Origin: an uncultured Desulfospira sp. | GTDB lineage: Bacteria; Desulfobacterota; Desulfobacteria; Desulfobacterales; Desulfobacteraceae | Assembly (NCBI GenBank): GCA_963663165.1 | Contig: OY760175.1 | Coordinates: forward strand, 3,456,001-3,520,000 | Direction of reading: 5' to 3' | DNA length: 64,000 nucleotides | Shown: positions 61,201 through 64,000 of the stretch, in pieces | Numbering within the stretch: the first letter of the stretch is position 1 | Layout of the letters: each line of letters begins with the position of its first letter | Translations under genes and position numbers: made by a program | The notes under the pieces: generated by a model | The model's input: the letters and a program-made list of their open reading frames with translations, nothing else | What the model was told of the DNA's origin: nothing | Database searches by the model: none

Positions 61201-63998
61201 AAGGCCAGTTTGCGGCGGCCTTTCATGGAAACCGGTTCATTTTCAGCAAAATAGGAATCAATTCCCGGGTAGAAATACCGATGGTTCCAGTAAACATTCA
61301 AATCATCGGCCGTGGCCGCCTGCATGACGGTGCGGCCGTTAATACGGATCTGTTTGGCCCAGCCCCCGGCATCAAACCACAACTCCTTGATTTTCCCGCC
61401 GGTTGTCCGGATTTGGGCATAATACTCGTCATCGGTTTCGTTATAGTCATAATCAAAAAAGTGGCCGGCCCCGTTTTCATCCACCACCTGGGAAACAAAA
61501 CCGGAATTGTTGTACGCCGCGTAGGTGGACCGGCCCGCTGCATCAACGGACCGGATTAACCGGCCCCGGTCATCATACCCATAAAAAGTTTCAGCCCCGA
61601 GGACATCAGTGATTTGGGTCAGCAGGCCGTTGGTGTATGTGTATGTCACCTGGCTGTCCCCTTTGGTGCTTCTCACAGCCGAGACATTGCCGGATTCATC
61701 GTATTCAAAGGCAATTACCGGATTCAGGTGCCGGTCGGCAATGGCGGTCAGCCTGCCGGTGGCATTATCATAGACCAGTCTTGCCGTTACACCGCTTTTG
61801 TGGCCATAGGCCGTCATGCGGCCGTTCAGGTCAAATTCCTTCCAGTTTTTGTACTTATCCTCCCATATATAGCATTCGCCCGAAACCAGATTATTTTCAT
61901 GGTAATAACTGCCGGTGACTGTGGCCGTATCCGGTATCAGGGTGTAGTCGCCTTTAAAGTGGGTGATTTTATAATTGCCATTGACATAGACAGCGGGCGC
62001 TGACGACGAAACATAGTATTTTACAGAGGCGATGGCTCTTTGGCCGGACCGGCTGACATGCACCTCAGGATACGGACGCTGGGTTTTAAGGTCTTCGATC
62101 AGTTCGTAATTGTAATAGGGAACCCCGGCTTTTTTCACGCCAAGGGTGCCGTACCCGAAGGTGTTAATAGACAGATCAAAGTCCAGTTGATGGCGCAGGT
62201 GTTCCCAGTGCCACTCATTGTCGTAGAACCGGCGCTGAACCCGGATGGTTCCGCCGACCACCTTCACCGACAAATCAATGGCCTCATCGTTATACTCCCC
62301 TAAAAAGCAGTTCACACTGCACCCGGTATCCTGGCTGGCGTTGGGATCCTGATCTTCCATCCGTACGGCAACCGGCCAGCACACCACCCCCCCGCTGATG
62401 CCCTGACTGCTGGGGCCTGCGGACACATTGCTGCTGCCGGTATTGTCCTGCCCGTTACTGATAGCGGTGGTGGTGTCGTCGCCGTAACTGAACCCGTCAG
62501 AAATTTCGCTGCCGCTGATTGAATTGTGAAAACAGGTCGAAACCGTGTATGAAAATGTGGCTCCATTGGAACAGACAAAATCGTAATGAATGGTAATGCA
62601 GCCGGAACTGCCGGATGTGCCGCCGCCATTGTCTTCTGAATCATAAACGGACTGCCGGCACACCACCCGGTAGGGAAGGACCACCTGTTCTTTGGCTCCC
62701 AGGGAATCGGGAAGGTCCGTGAGGAACTCATAGGCATAGTTTTCCGTGTTATCGGGAAGATACAGCTCAATGTTGTCGGCCCGGATCAGCCCCTGGTTGG
62801 ATACCCCCAGTTCCCCGGTGAAGACCTCGCCGGCCTCCATATCGGGAAGGGTGACGGACGACGGGGTTAACACCAGGACAGCTGCCGGGACATCGGTCTC
62901 GTAGGTCGCATTGACCACGATCTCGTATTCATCCGAAACAGTGGTCTGTTCAACAGACCATTCCACGGTGATCAGCTCGTTTTTGAGAAATATGGATTCA
63001 CTGGCGGTTATTCCCGGTTTGATCCAGACCCTGCCGCTCAGTTCCTGGTGATCTGCCGACGTGATCCGGTAGGTGTACAATCCGGCCGATAAATCCAAAA
63101 ACAGGGCTTCTCCCAATTCATCTGTGGTCAAAGAGGCGGTCACACCGCTTACCCGGACATTTTCAAGATTGATCACCGCACCTTCAAGTCCCTGGATCAT
63201 CTCACCGTTGTCATCAATGGTGGCGGTATACATATCCTCCACCTTGAACAGCGCATGGCCGGTTTCCGAGGATGTGACCGTAACGAACAGGTTGATGGTA
63301 AAGGGGGCATGGTTGTCGCTTTCCACATTCAGATAAAAGGGATATACCCCTTCGGCAACGCTGGTGGTGGGACTGAAGGTGATGAACACGTCCCTTGATT
63401 CTCCCACAGCCAATTGTCCCTGGTCCCCGGCGGCATTGAGCAGCACCCAGTCGGGGGCATCGCTGCCGTCAGAACCGGTCAGGGAAAGGCCCATGCCTGA
63501 CAACTCACTATACCCGGTGTTTGACAGGGTGATGGTTTCGGTAACCGGTTCGCCGTATGTGACGCCGGTCTCAAGGTAATTGGGGCTGAAGGCCAGCACT
63601 GGTGCCGAATCAGAAGCAGCCACGGTGACGGCAACGGATCCCAGAACCGTGGGATCAGGCTCCCCGGAAACCGCCTTGAGGACCAGCTGGGACTCCGGTA
63701 AAGCCGTGTTGTCGGCCCAGACCGTAAAGTCAAGGATGGCTGATGACGACTCAGTCACATCAACCGTATCCGTATCCGCTATATCCAGGTGGATGCCTTC
63801 GGGGAAAACCCCCTCTGGCTGGTCATCCGGTTCATACACCAGGCGAACATTTTCAAGGTTGACCCCTTTGGTCGTAGATACGGTTACGGATGCCCCTTGT
63901 TCATAATTTTTGGGAACGCTGATGTTGATGGTCTCAGGGGAGACCAGGGTCCGGGCGATGGTAAAGGTGCCTTGATCCGGCTTGCCGGTCAGATCCGG
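58269..63998 (-). CDS. Large Rhs/YD-repeat protein with acidic beta-rich N-terminal domains (5' end beyond the window)
   Basis: Frame is open to the window edge; many YD repeats; core [51 protein letters not shown]. Confidence 0.95.
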   Translation of the reverse strand, partial: [1909 protein letters not shown]

Positions 63999-64000
63999 GT

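Overview
The window is mostly core chromosome from a sulfate-reducing bacterium, probably Desulfobacteraceae-like (inferred from qmoC and gene content). The left half holds qmoC (5' truncated), a cold-shock gene, a disrupted cobO, leuB, three tRNAs, rho, tig-clpP-clpX-lon, SRP RNA, grpE-dnaK, lolA, yebC, rlmE and radA. The right half is more accessory. It holds an orphan DNA methyltransferase, a membrane-anchored (PE)n/Zn-finger protein, a DedA-FeS-CCG fusion with a rhodanese, a TonB-receptor/YfiR/hybrid-kinase/GGDEF-EAL operon, an ArsR-ArsP cluster, argD, a radical SAM/DRE-TIM pair, a 2-oxoacid:ferredoxin oxidoreductase operon, a sensor module, and a large Rhs protein running off the right edge. 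The most notable unexplained structure is non-coding. (i) A hairpin repeat family (three ~150 bp copies and one ~110 bp copy) has ends that supply the TAG stop codons of leuB, the amidase and dnaK. (ii) An unrelated 157 bp MITE with a TAA duplication sits inside cobO and shares the same AAGGC/AACG(C/A)A internal loop. (iii) A 7.1 kb sensor module is bracketed by a 28/30 bp direct repeat of the 3' end of a glutaredoxin gene. All calls come from reading motifs by eye; no database searches were run.
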